Assembly (NCBI GenBank): GCA_038087875.1
Contig: CM075978.1
Span: 42,594,001 to 42,658,000, forward strand
DNA: 64,000 nucleotides
Source of the DNA: Malacoraja senta
Taxonomy: Eukaryota
Direction: 5' to 3'
Shown: piece after piece, positions 35,995-49,120 of the stretch
How positions within the stretch are numbered: position 1 is the stretch's first letter
How the letters are laid out: every line of letters starts with the position of its first letter
The notes under the pieces: generated by a model
The model's database searches: none
What the model saw: only the letters and a program-made list of their open reading frames with translations
What the model was told of the DNA's origin: nothing
Made by a program: the position numbers and the translations under genes

Positions 35995-37650
35995 AAAAAG
36001 CCCGAAGATTGGGAAGCTTTTAAAGAACAACAGAAGGTAACTAAAAAGGCAATACGGGCAGAAAAGATTAAATACGAAGGTAAGCTAGCCAATAATATAA
36101 AAGAGGATAGATAGCAAGACTTTCTTCATTTATATAAAGAGTAAGAAAGAGGCAAGAGTGGAAGTTGGACCGCTGGAGAATGATGCAGGAGAATTGATAA
36201 TGGGGAATAAAGAAATGGCAGATGAGTTGAATAATTTTTTTGCATCAGTCTTCATAGTGAAAAACACCAGCAACGTGCCTGAAATTCATGTTAGTCAGGG
36301 GGTGGAAGTTACTGGACTGGCTATTACGGGAGAAGGTGCTTGGGAAGCTGAAAAGGCTGAAGGTAGATAAGTCACCTGGACCAGATGGACTGCGCCCTAG
36401 GGTTCTGAACGAGGTGGCTTTAGAGATTTATGGAGGCATTGACAATGATATTCCAAGAATCACAAGAGAGAGGAGTGGAAAATTGCCAATATTACCCCGC
36501 TACATAAGAAGCGAGCAAAGCAGAATAGTGGGAACTATAGGCCGGTTAGTCTGACCGGTGGTTGGTAAGATTTTAGAGTCCATTATAAAGGATGTTACGG
36601 AGTACTTAGAAGTTCACGATAAAATAGGCCAGTCAGCATGGCTTTGTGAAGGAGAGGTCTTGCTTGACATCTGTTGGAATTCTTTGAAGAAATAAATGGC
36701 AGGACAGACAAAGGAGAGTCAGTAGATGTTGTTTACTTGAATTTTCAGAAAGCCTAGGGTGCCACATGTGAGACTGCTAAGGAAGATGAGAGCCCACGGT
36801 ATCAGATACTAGCATGGATAGCAGGTTGGCAGGGAAGTGGCAGATGGAATATAGTGTAGCAAAGTGTGGAGTCATGCATTTTGGTAGTAGGAATAAAGGC
36901 GTACACTATTTTCTAAATGGGGAGAATCCAGAAATCGGAGGTGCAAAAGGACTTGGGAGTGCTGGTGCAGGATTCCCAAAAAGGTAATCTTCAAGTCGAA
37001 TGGGTAGTAAAGAAAGCAGACTCAATGCTAGCATTTATTTCAAGAGGGCTTGTATGCAAAAACAGGGTTGTAATGCTGAGGCTCTATAAGGCGCTGGTAA
37101 GGCCACATTTGGAATACGGTGAGCAATTTTGGGCACTATATCTGAAGAAAGATGTGCTGGCTCTGGAGAGGGTTCAGAGGAGGTTTACAAGAATGATCCC
37201 AGGAATGAGTATGTTAACCTATGATAAGCGTTTGTCAGCACTGGGCCTGTACAGCTGGAGTTTAGAATAATGAGGGGGGACCTCATTCAAACATACAGAA
37301 TAGTGAAAGACTTGGATAGAGTGGATGTGGAGACGATATTTCCACTTGTGGGAGAGTCTAGGACTAGAGGTCATAGTCTCAGAATTAAAGGACGTTCTTT
37401 TAGGAAGGAGATGAGAAAACATTTTCTTTAGTCAGGGGGTGGTGAATCTGTGGAATTCTTTGCCGTCAGTGGATATTTTTAAGGCAAAGATAGATGGATT
37501 CTTGATTAGTACAGGTGTCAGTGGTCATGGAGAGAAGGCAGGAGAATGGGGTTAGGAGGGAGAGATAGATCAACTATGATTGAGTGACAGAATAGAGTTG
37601 ATGGGCCGAATGGCTTAATTCTACGCCTATCACATATGACCTATGACCTA
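35995..37650 (+). mobile_element. CR1 LINE ORF2 pseudogene, internally deleted
   Basis: KSPGPDGLRPRVL, RPHLEYGEQFW, LERVQRRFTRMIP; (atgacct)n tail. Confidence 0.9.
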
Positions 37651-38059
37651 ACTTCAAAATACATTGCCAGTCTTTCTGAGTCTAAATCTCGGATCTATAG
37701 TAATATCTTCAGCAAAAGGGCTGCAGAAATTGAAGCAAGCAGTTTACCATCACCTACTCTGGGGTAATTAGGAACAGGCAATAAGTAAGATGCCATATTA
37801 CATAAATTAATGGCAGCTCATTCCATACAACCATGATACTGTGGAAAAACTCCAATCTCCTTTACATTTTTCCCCTCACCCTTAAACCTATGCCCTCTAG
37901 TGTTAATTTCTGGGATACTCTATCTCATCAATGCCCCTCATAATCTTATACTTCTATAAAATTACTGTCAACCTCAGAAATCACCAGTGTGAACAAATTC
38001 AGACTATTCAATGTCTCCTTGAGGATAAAGCCTTAATTTTAGGTGACATTCTGGTGAAA

Positions 38060-38315
38060 AAAGGAGAGGTGCTGGAGGAACTCAATGTGTCAGGTGGAGA
38101 GAATTGAACAGTTGATATTTCAGGTCGAGATTCTTCATCTGGACTGAAAGAGTAGAGTTGCCAGTATAAAAGGGTTGGGAGAGGGTGGAGTAGGCTGACA
38201 ACCAATAGGTGGATCCAGATGAAAAGGGGTTGATAGGTAGATATGGGTGAGGTGGGGGTAGGAAGGGAAGGGTGGAGATAGTGACACAACTGGGAGGTGA
38301 TAAGTGAAGACATAC
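38060..38315 (-). mobile_element. degenerate Penelope terminal fragment
   Basis: Minus strand ccagatgaagaatctcgacctgaaatatcaac resembles the family core. Confidence 0.55.
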
Positions 38316-38369
38316 TGGCTTGGTGTAAGGAGTTAGAGGGTGGTCATGGTGGGCTGTTAGTCAAATTGG

Positions 38370-39350
38370 AAGCCCTTATCCAGTAGTGTGCTGGAGGGTT
38401 CAGTGCCCGGTCTACTGTCGTTTGTCTTCTATATTTACAATTTCGATGACAATGTTCATAACAACATTTGTAAGTTTGCAGATGACTCCAAAAGTGGTGA
38501 CATAGTGAAAAGAGCTATCTAAGATTACAAAATGATCTTGATGAACTGAGGAAGTGGGCTAAGGAATATAGTGGAACTTACTTGGATAAGAGCAAGGAGT
38601 TGCATTTTGTTGTGTTGAACTGGGGCAAGACTTGCAGAATATATGGTAGGGCCCTGTAAAGTGTTGTAGAGCAGAGAGACCAAGGGGTAGTGGTACACAT
38701 TTCCCTGAAAGTGGTGTCACAAGCAGACTAGGTGATGAAGAAGGCGTTTGGCATGCTTGCCTTCTTTATTCAGGGCACTAAATATAGGAGTTGGGCCATC
38801 ATGTTAAAAATGTACAAATCGTTGGTGAGACTGTATTTGGAGTATTGTGTGCAGTTCTGGCTGCCCAGCTATAGGAAGGCAGAGAAAGCGGTAGGAAAAA
38901 TTCACAAGGATGTTCCCACGGCTGGAGGGATTTAAGGTGTAAGTAGAGGCTGGATAGGAGATTGAGGGGTGACCTTACAGAAGTGTATACAATCGTGTGG
39001 GACATAGATAAAGTAGATGATCACAATCTTTTTCCCAGGCCCTGGGAAAGGGCGTCTAAAACTAGAGGGCATAGTTTTAAGGTGAGAAGGAAAAGATTTA
39101 AAAGAGACCTGAGAGACAAATTGTTCACATGGAGGATCATAGGTATATAGAACGAGCTGTCAAAGAAAACTGTTGAGGCAAGTATAATTACAATGTATAA
39201 AATACATTTGCACAGGTACATGGACAGAAACAGTTGAGAGGATATGGTCTTAATGCAGGAAAATGGGACTAGCTCAGAAGATATATTGGTTGACATGAGT
39301 TGGACCGAAATACCTATTTCCTGGGAAAAAGACCTATTTCCATGCTGTTA
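38370..39350 (+). mobile_element. CR1 fragment
   Basis: KFADDSK, LVRLYLEYCVQFWLP, RGDLTEVY, TRGHSFKV. Confidence 0.85.
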
Positions 39351-40054
39351 ACTTTGGATCTAAGAAGCCTATGACCCTCTGCCTTCTTTCATCAAGGCAA
39401 TTTTATATCTAGTTTGCAACACTTCTTGGATCCAGTGTGCTTTAACCATGCAAGATCTTGTCAAAAACTTTGCTAAAGTCTATGTAAATAATGTCTACCA
39501 CTCTTCAATAATTTAGTAGAGTGGGAGGTTTGCCATTACTTTCAGTGTTGTGGCTTAGTACATGCATAAGGAAAGAAAATGTTCTGTTATCAAATTCTAA
39601 TATTGTTAGTCATGGAAGCAATTATCATTCTGTAGCAAAAGAAAAAAGCTTTATTTGCACAGGTCCCATAGGCTGCATTGTTACATCAGTTAGTCATCAT
39701 GGATGTTCTCCATATTGTACTTTATTAAATGTGATCTTTGTAGTCCATTTTACTGGCACCCATTACCTCCCAGCTTATCCAGTATCTACTTCTGCTTTTT
39801 TTTTTATAATTAAAGATTCTGCTTGCATCAAACTTTGAGGAAGAGAATTCCAAAAGCTGTTGATGTAAATAATCATGCACCAGGATATTCTGATCCCACT
39901 GCATCTCAGAACTTTACAATCTTTCATCATTATAGGTTAAAGGCTTTTTTGATATTTTTCCTGCCAAAGTGGACAATTTCACATTTTCCCACATTATATT
40001 CCATTTACGAGATCTTTGCGCATTCACTTAACTTTCTTCTCTATAGCCTGTTCA

Positions 40055-40855
40055 AACCTGCATTCAGTGGCCCCGATGTAGCTTCCTTTACACGGCGAGA
40101 CCAAGTGTGCACTAAAAGACTGCCTCACCTAATATTTGCACTTTGTGCTCCAAGACCTGCTGAATTTCACCTTTGCTAACCATTTTAACTTCCCTTCCCA
40201 TTCCTCTACCAATCCTTCTGTCCTTGGCTTCCCCCATTGCTGGAGGAGAGCCACAACCAAACTGGAGGAACAGTACCTCATATGGTACTTGGGTAGTGCA
40301 CAACCATAGGGTATGAACATTGAGTTCTCCAATTTCAAGTAATACCCCAACCCCCTTCTCTTTCCCATGCTCCCCATCCACCCACTCCAGTGCACACATA
40401 CCAGTCACACCAACTTCCAGCCCCTCCCCATTACCCTGCTCCTTCCCCGTGCTTCGTACACTTGTCTCCCATTCTCAAGTCCCCAGTTTCATTTTTATTC
40501 CCTTTCTTTCCCCTCCTCTGTCCCCTTCCACCCATATCCCTCTCTTCAGCTTTACATTTCATACCTTTTTCCTTATCTGACACCTTTTTGTCTCCTTTTT
40601 ATCTCTAGCCTTTATCACTTACTCCACTCATTTGCCCCCCTCCCTCAACCTGTATCCACCTATCACTTGCCAGGCTTTGCCCTGGTCCCACCTCTCTTTT
40701 CCAGCTTTCTCCACCCTACTCCAATCATTCTAAAGGCCCAAACCAAAACCTTGTCTATCCATTTCCTCCACAGATGTTGCCTGACACACTGAGTTCCTCA
40801 AGCACTTTGTGTTTTGCTCAAATTTCCAGCACTTGCAGTTTCATGTGTCTTCTTT
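40055..40855 (+). mobile_element. Penelope-like element (decayed GIY-YIG region and 3' terminal region)
   Basis: Decayed ..LY.GETK...ANHFNFPSHS...KLEEQYLIWYLGS.QP.GMNIEFSNFK. Confidence 0.75.
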
Positions 40856-41134
40856 ATAGCCTCCTTTTGTTCAATTCAACTTATTTTACTATTTGCCTTT
40901 ATGTCATCAGCAAAGTAAAACAATACCTTTGATTCTTTCTTCCAAGTCATTTAGATTCATTGTGAACTACTGAGGCCCCAGAAACAATCCCAGTGGCGCA
41001 CCACTCATCACATCCTGCCCAAAGATCCACTATAGGATCTTTGATCCTGCCCAGCAGAAAAAGACTCGTTTATGCCTATTCACTGTTTTCTATTATCCAT
41101 GCAATTATCCATACCAATAGGTTATATCCTGGAC

Positions 41135-41730
41135 CAATTTGTCAAGTGTGTCTAATTTTCATATGTATTGGAACCAGAACAATGACATTTTTTCTTGCTG
41201 CAGGTTTACTATTCTAGAATAGCAAATTATTCTATAAATTATTCTAGAAACAAAGACCATGATAGTGCAAACCAAAGTATGTTGCCAGTCCAGAGCAGTA
41301 TAGTTCTGAAGTGAGATTGTCTTTAGGATTGTTCAGGGTGGTTCAATGGGAAGAAGATGTTTTGAACCTGGAGGTCATAGTTCTCAGGCTCATGTACTTT
41401 CTTCCCAGTGGCAAGAGTGAGGTGAGAGCTTGGCCAGGCTGATGTAGGCCTATGATGATATTGGCTGCCTTTGAGAGGCAGAATTTGATGGAGGGGAGGT
41501 CATTGAACTGGCAATGTCCACCACTTTCAGCAGCCTTTTACATACTTGAGCATTCAAACAGGCCAAGGAAACCAGTCATTTAGCAGCATGCCAAATCTCC
41601 TCAAACATCTGAGAAAGTAGAGGCATTGGTGAGCTTTTGTTGTGATTGCATGAAAGTACTTGCCTCCGGACAGATCATCAGACCTCTTTCATCTCATGTG
41701 CTAATCGCAGGACAGATCATCAGACGTCTT
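41135..41730 (-). mobile_element. Rex1/Babar-like 3' fragment
   Basis: Minus strand LPLGRKYMSLRTMTSRFKT motif. Confidence 0.6.
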
Positions 41731-41733
41731 CCA

Positions 41734-42170
41734 TTAAAGATGATTAGGGTGTGATGACTTTATGCCAGCAACTGAGCAGACAATATTAGATATAACACTT
41801 TTTAAACCACCATTTTCCACAATGACCTTTGATGCAGCATCTTTATCAAATGCCTTCTGGAAATCTAAAAATAATACATCTATCAGTTCCCTTTCATTAC
41901 CGTCCTTTTTCATTCTACAAAAGAACTCCAATAAAGTGGTCAAACATGCTCTACTTTTCACAAAACCAAATAAAAAAATTCTTAATCACCTTGAATCTTT
42001 TCTAAATGCTTTAATAATAGCTTCCAACACTTTAATTATGACAGATATTAAGCTAACCGCCCTGTAGTTTCTTGCTTTGTCTCCCTTTTTGAATGAAGAT
42101 ACATTTGCAATTTTCCAGCTCAATGGAACTTTACCAAATATAGGCAATTTTAGAAAATTTGATGTTTTAT
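41734..42170 (-). mobile_element. CR1 fragment
   Basis: KSRACLTTLLEFF...DVLFLDFQKAFDK. Confidence 0.75.
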
Positions 42171-43107
42171 TATATATCTCTCACTAGCTACGTCCGTTAT
42201 TGAATGACTTAGTTACTATTACAGAGTAATGCAATTACATCATTTTCATACATTTTCTAATTTAACCAATGCATTTAATAGATACAGGAACTTTTAGAAC
42301 CATAGCATTGTACCCTCGTGTGCAGCATGAAAAATAAGTGGGACTAATACAAACTTAAAAGGTTTGCGTTGGCTAATAATTTAGTTGATTAAAGTGCTTC
42401 CTTTCCTCTGATATCACTATCTGAGAAATTGAAAGGGAGTCTGAAGGAGGTGCCCAGTTCGTTGTGAGCCCAAGACGATCTCAGCAGCAGAGAAATTCTG
42501 AAGGATGTTTCAGTCATTCATTCTATGATACGATACGATAGAACTTTATTTATCCCGGTCAACAGTCATAAAAACACAAAATACATGAAATATTAAATTA
42601 AAGTGACGAGTGGAAAGGCTTGAGGTATGTGCAAGGATTGGGGAGGGGTGGAGGGGGGAGTCAGTCTCTGTCTGTCCCACGACAGAAGGGGGAGGGATTG
42701 TAAAGTTTGATAGCCACAGGGAAGAAGGATCCCCTGTGGCATTCTGTATTGCAACTTGGTTGAACCAGTCTGTAGCTGAAGGCACTCCTCAGGTTTACAG
42801 GTGTGTCGTGTCATCTCGAGATGGGGCATGCATGCTGATGGACTGGAATAGAGTATTTTCACATGTTATATCTGCAATAAGGAGGCAGGCACCAACCACT
42901 TGACTGTTATGGACGTCCGAGCAGCAATTCCGATATGGCTGAGTGATCCAGCCGGGCATACATCAAATCAGACAACTCTTCCAGACTCCTGACTGAAATG
43001 ATAAATGTGCCATATTGTATGATATCTTCAACAAACTGATAAATGGAGGGAGCATTGTAGCAATACAACTGGTCAGTGATGGAGAAACTTCTTGTAATAA
43101 AATACAC

Positions 43108-43357
43108 AGGTGGGCGGCACAGTGGCACGTTTGGACGTTTCCCCATGACAGCGTGGGTTTTCTCTGAAATCTTCGGTTTCATCCCACATTCCAAAGACGT
43201 ACAGGTTTGTAGGTTAATTGGCTTAGGTTTGTATACTTGGTATAAGTGTAAATTGTCCCTAGCGTGTGTGTAGGCTTGTGTTAATGCGCAAGGATAGCTG
43301 GTCGGCCTGCACTCGGTGGGCCGAAGGGCCTGTATCTCTAAACTAAGCTAAACTAAA
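43108..43357 (+). mobile_element. V-SINE/HE1-like SINE, internally deleted
   Basis: ggcggcacagtggc head, V-domain core, ctctaaactaa tail. Confidence 0.75.
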
Positions 43358-43949
43358 GGTCAGAAGAGAGGCAATTGGTGACCCCTGATCAGTTTGATTA
43401 ACTGAGAGATCACCAATGAGACGACATCAAATAGACGCAGTAAGCCACAAAGATAACATAAATGGAGATTGGACCTTGGCAAGATAGCTCAGACAACATA
43501 ATCTTTATTTTTTACTATATATTTGACCTGATGAAAATCCTTTCACAAAATATTACTTTGTTGCACAGAAAATCATTTACTTAACAATAGTAAAGTAAAA
43601 GCTATTCTGTGCAACAGTAATATTTTGTTTAGTCTTAAAGTAATATACCTTTATCGTACTGTTAATAGATGTTGTTCATTCACAATGGTCGCAATTATCT
43701 GCAGTAGAAATAAAAAATGTATAATGTTCTGCAGTCTGATCTAATAAATAAATCAACACAAGTCAGGCTCATAACTGACGGTCAGCCTCAGAAAACTTGG
43801 TTAATTTAAATTACTCCATCAACACTAAAGTGAAACATTAAAATATGAAGTTTAAACAGTGAATAAAATAGTAATAGATATGTTTTTTTACATTTTTAAG
43901 TATGAAAACATTTCAATGGAATCTCATTTGGTTGTCTTTAGCAATGATG

Positions 43950-45120
43950 ATATGCTGGAGTATTGTGTTCAGTTTTGGTCATCCTGCTATCGGAAAGATG
44001 ACATTAAGCTGAAAGAGTGCAGAGAAGATTTACGAGGATGTTGCCAGACTCGATGGCCTGAGCTATAGGGAGATATTGGGTAGGCTAAGACTTTACCGAG
44101 AGACTAAAGGGCCTGTCCCACCAGCATGCGATTGCATGCGTCTTGCGCAACCAAACGTGGTGGCTTGAGGCGTACGGCCTCGCGGGGCCGATCCCACTTC
44201 CAATCGCGGAGCCGTCTGGAGTTGTGCGGAGCTGGTCCCGACATCATACTCACCAATCAGCTGGGCAGGAGGCGGGACGACTGAATTTGGACGTCGCACG
44301 GCGTCGGGCGGTGACGTCATCATGCAACGCCACACGCTAGGCGTACGTCAAGACGCTGCGTATGGCGTCAAGATGCTGCGTACGATGTCGAGATGCTGCA
44401 TAGGGCGTCGAGGCGGTGCGTGCGGCCTCCATGCGGCAGCGGGCCGGCAGGCCTTTGCCGCGCAGAATTTTTGAACACTGTCAGTTTTTAGGAGCCCCGC
44501 GCGATGTCGGGACCAGCTCCGCACAACTCCATGCGGCTCCGGCGATCGAAGTGGGACCGGCCCCGCGAGGGCGCACGTCTAGCGCGACCACGTTAGGTCG
44601 CGCTAGCCGCATGCAGTCGCATGCTCGTGGGACAGGCCCTTAAGAGACTGAGGGGTGATCTTATAGAGGTAAATAAAATCACGTGGAATAGGTGGGTGAA
44701 TGCACTTTGTCTTTTTTCCCTAGGGTAAGGGAATCAAGAACTAGAGGTCATAGATTTAAGGTGAAAGGGGAGAGATTTAATAGGGATCTGAGGGGCAACT
44801 TTTTCACATGGAGAGTGTTGGGTATATGGAACGAGCTGCCAGAGGAAGAAGTTGAGGCAGGTACAATAACATCAGTTAAAAGACATGTGGACAAGGTACA
44901 TGAATAGGAAAGGTTTAGAGCAATATGGACCAGGCCCAGGTAAATCGGACTAGTTTGGATGGGGCATCATGGTTGGCATGGACTAGTGAGCTGCAGAGTT
45001 TCAATCCGAAACGTCACACATTCCATCTCTCCAGAGATGCTGCCTGTCCCGCTGAGTTACTCCAGCTTTTTGTGGCTATCTAGTGGGCTGAAAGGCCTGT
45101 TTCTGTGTATATGACTTTAA
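43950..45120 (+). mobile_element. CR1 3' fragment hosting a MITE and a Penelope-derived insert
   Basis: LEYCVQFWS ... LRGDLIEV ... ESRTRGHRFKVKGERF. Confidence 0.85.
44108..44640. mobile_element. PIF/Harbinger-type MITE, 533 bp
   Basis: TIR AGGGCCTGTCCCAC...GTGGGACAGGCCCT, imperfect arms of about 135 bp, TAA TSD at 44105-44107 and 44641-44643. Confidence 0.88.
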
Positions 45121-46309
45121 AACTCTGAGTCCTATACTCCAGCTATTTCTTTATATATCCTATTACCACTGTTTGAAAAACAACTTGAAAAGAACACACC
45201 ATGTGTAAATTAGTTTTCCAGTCTGGTGCTAAATCACACTGGCCAAATATGAGATAAAAATTAGTTTATGTTTCTCGTATCAGGAGGTTAAAATATATAC
45301 TTGTCTTCAGCAGCCATCAACTATGAACCTTTGAGGAATACTGAGATTTGTTTTAACTTTGGGATGAAAAGTAGTCAATTCCATCATGGATAACTGTCAC
45401 ATTTATGGTATTTTGAAATGATTTCCTGTAACACATTGCTACTATTTCTGTTGATATCAATTGACAAACATTTTAATGAAGTTAGTGCTAAGTTAAGCAT
45501 TTTAAATATTTTTGAATGCCAAAGTATATTTTATGAAACAACATGTAAATAGCAAAAGATTAAGGGAAATGTTCTGGATTTGCAGAATTGAATTAACAAT
45601 TTTTCAAAGAAAATGTAAAAGCTACAAATAACTAAGAATGACATGATCTATACAGCTACTCTCAAGATAAAATAACCAAGAATGTATTATATAAGGTATA
45701 CAAAAATGTAAACCACAATATGTAAAAGCTCTAAAGCATCTTAGAGCCTTGAGGATACATGCCACGTTCTATATAAAGCTATGAATGTCTTTTTGTTTTA
45801 TCACGATTATGTTTGCTGAGAAATCCAGAATATTCCTGTTGTTACTTTGCTATTTTCATGGGTTAATGGAGAGTGAAAGTCAGTAGAAGGCTGAGTATCA
45901 TTGAGTGGGAGTGAATAGATTGTCACTGTTGCATAAGTGATGTCACGTGACTCATGCTAGGGCACGGCTTTTCTATTTTAACAGTGAGACTGAAAAGACT
46001 TTGGAATTCATTAATATTAAAAGGCATTGTTTGTGTTTTTCACATCTGCCGTAGCTCGAGAATGAAGGAGAGAATGTTTTTGCAAATATCTTGCCCCATA
46101 TGCAGGCCATTCCATAATTTTGTGTTAAAGAATTGATTAATACTAAAAGTCAGACATGTTTCTTTAAAAAGATAACTAAATGTAGTAAGAAAAATGTCTT
46201 TCTTAATAAAAGTGATGATTATAAAGACCTTCTGCTATAAAAAAACAATTTTTTTAAAGCAAGTTGTTTGCTTGTCATTGTACTTGTGTGGTATCACAGT
46301 AAATATCAT

Positions 46310-46615
46310 CATAGAGTAAGAGATACAACAGAAAGGAAAGAGGCCCTTCGGCCTACCAAGGCCAACCATCAAGCAACCATTTTGTACACTAATGCTACCC
46401 TAGCCCATTTTGCTCTCCCCAAATTCCCATCAACTATCAGTCATCTATGCACTGAATGTAATATAAAGTGGCCAACTAACTGACTATACCAATCCCAAAC
46501 CATAAAACTAGAGGACACCCACATGCTCACATACAGATGCAAACTGCACACCAATAGCATTAGGGCAGTTGAATTGAATCTGTGTCACAGGACCTGTGAG
46601 GCAACTGCTCTAGTT
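46310..46615 (-). mobile_element. old V-SINE/HE1-like SINE
   Basis: Minus strand tRNA-like head (gcagttgcctcacag...gattcaattc), V-like core and CR1-type tail. Confidence 0.6.
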
Positions 46616-47449
46616 CATGTTCAAGTTCACATTTATTTGTCATATGCACAAATTAAGGTACAGTGAAACCATATCTGTTCTACATCTTTATACAGTATGT
46701 GCCATTTAAGAATGTTTTATTCTGATAGTTTCAATACTAAGAAACTCCATTATCAAGAAGCCATAACAAAGTAAAATACATTTTAGACAAAACAAATTGT
46801 GCTGGACATTAACCTCCACATTGCCTCTCCTATTCGTATTTGTTCCTATCCTACCCGCTTTTCTTACTAGTCCCTTTTCTCCCATCTGTTCACCATGCTT
46901 GCCCTTAAGAGTATGAATGCTTTCTGATTTGATTGTTCAATTTACCAGTACATTCCTCATTCCCACATCAGGTTGTTTTAATGCTAGAAGAAATTTCACT
47001 TTTTTTAATCTGATGCATGAATACACCCTTGTTTAAGGATCACCAGCATGCCAAAAGAGTTTCTTCATGACTAACCTTTTGAAAACCTTTTAAATTTAAA
47101 ATACTTTCTCCCATCTTCTCCTTTACAAAGAGCCTGAACAATCTAGTTTATCCCAGTGCAGGTTTTTAGGTTAGCTTGTGCTGTCTAGGGATTAAGCAGC
47201 ATGAAAGTGACTTGTAATTGAGTAACTCTATCTATTATGAGGTTTCTTGCTGAAGACATTTTCTCTGCCTAGTGGTTATTGCTGATGTTTGCAATCGAAT
47301 AGACCATTAGAATTATTGCATACAAAGCTTTCCTCCAATTCCATACTATGACAATGCTGTTTCCACTTGATATCCTGCTCCTAACTGCTCAGAATCTCTG
47401 TCAGGAGGAGCTTTAATGATTCTGACACCATGCAATGGTAGGCTTCGAT

Positions 47450-49120
47450 AAAGTACATCAGGAAGTATAAACAATCTCCCATATGTACTAGTGGCCCAAG
47501 GACCTAGGGTGATGGAGTAACTGAAGGAAATTCACATTAGGCAGGAAATGGTATTGGGTAGACTGATGGGACTGAAGGCTAATAGATCCCCAGGACCTGA
47601 TGGTCTGCATCCTAGGGAACTGAAGGAGGTGGCTCTAGAAATCGTGGACGCATTGGTGATCATTTTCCAATGTTCTATAGATTCAGGATCAGTTCCTGTG
47701 GATTGGAGGGTCGCTAATGTTATCCCACTTTTTATGAAAGGAAGGAGAGAGAAGACAGGGAATTATAGACCAGTTAGCCTGACATCGGTGGTGGAGAAGA
47801 TGCTGGAGTCAATTATAAAAGATGAAATAACGGCACATTTGGATAGCAGTAACAGGATCGGTCCGAGTCAGATCTATGAAGGGGAAATCATGCTTGACTA
47901 ATAGGATGTAACTAGGAAAATGGACAAGGGAGAGCCAGTGGATGTAATGTACCTGAAATTTCAGAAAGCCTTTGATAAGGTCCCACATAGGAGATTAGTG
48001 GACAAAATTAGAGCACATGGTATTGGGGATAGGGTGCTGACATGGATAGAAAATTGGTTGGCAGACAGGAAACAAAGTGTAGGGATTAACGGGTCCTTTT
48101 CAGAATGGCAGGCATTGACAAGTGGGGTACCGCAAGGCTCGGTGCTGGGACCGCACTATTTACAATATGCATTCATGTTTTAGATGAAGGGATTAAAAGT
48201 AATTAGCAAATTTGCAGATGACTCAAAGCTGGGTGGCAGTGTGAACTGTGAGGAGGATGCTATGAGGATGCAGGGTGACTTGGACAGGTTGGGTGAGTGG
48301 GCAGGTGCATGGCAGATGCAGTCTAATGTGGATAAATGTGAGGTTATGCACTTTGGTGGCAAGAATGGGAAGGCAGATTATTATCTGAATGGTGTCGTTA
48401 GGAAAAGGGGAAGTGCAATGAGATCTGGGTGTCCTTGTTCATCAGTCATTGAAAGTAAGCTTGCAGGTACAGCAGGCAGTGAAGAAAGCTAACGGCATGT
48501 TGGCCTTCATAACAAGAGGAGTTGAGTATAAGAGCAAAGAGGTCCTTCTGCAGTTGTACAGGGCCCGTGTGAGACCACACCTGGAGTATTGTGTGCAGTT
48601 TTGGTCTCCAAATTTCAGGAAGTACATTCCTGCTATTGAGGGAGTGCAGCATAGGTTCACGAGGTTAATTCCCGGGATGGCCGGACTGTCGTATGTTGAA
48701 ATAATGGAGCGACTAGGCTTGTATACGCTGGAATTTAGAAGGATGAGAAGGGATCTTATTGAAACATATAAGATTATTAAGGGATTGGACACGCTAGAGG
48801 CAGGAAACATGTTCCCGATGTTGGGGGAGTCCAAAACCAGGGGCCACAGTTTAAGAATAAGGGGTAAGCCATTTAGAACAGAGATGAGGAAAAACCTTTT
48901 CACCCAGAGAGTTGTGAATCTGTGGAATTCTCTGCTTCAGAAGGCAGTGGAGGCCAATTCTCTGGATGCATTCAAGAGACAGATAGAGCTCTTAAAGATA
49001 GTGGAGTCAAGGGATATGGGGAGAAGGCAGGAACGGGGTACTGAATGTGGATGATCAGCCATGATCACAGTGAATGGCTAGAACGGCCGAATGGCCTACT
49101 ACTGCACCATTGTCTACTGA
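47450..49120 (+). mobile_element. relatively young CR1 LINE, RT and 3'UTR
   Basis: [58 protein letters not shown]; several frameshifts. Confidence 0.93.

Noticed and set aside
47548-49054. RT ORFs as a functional gene or autonomous element
   Set aside because: 5'-truncated and frameshifted CR1 copy.
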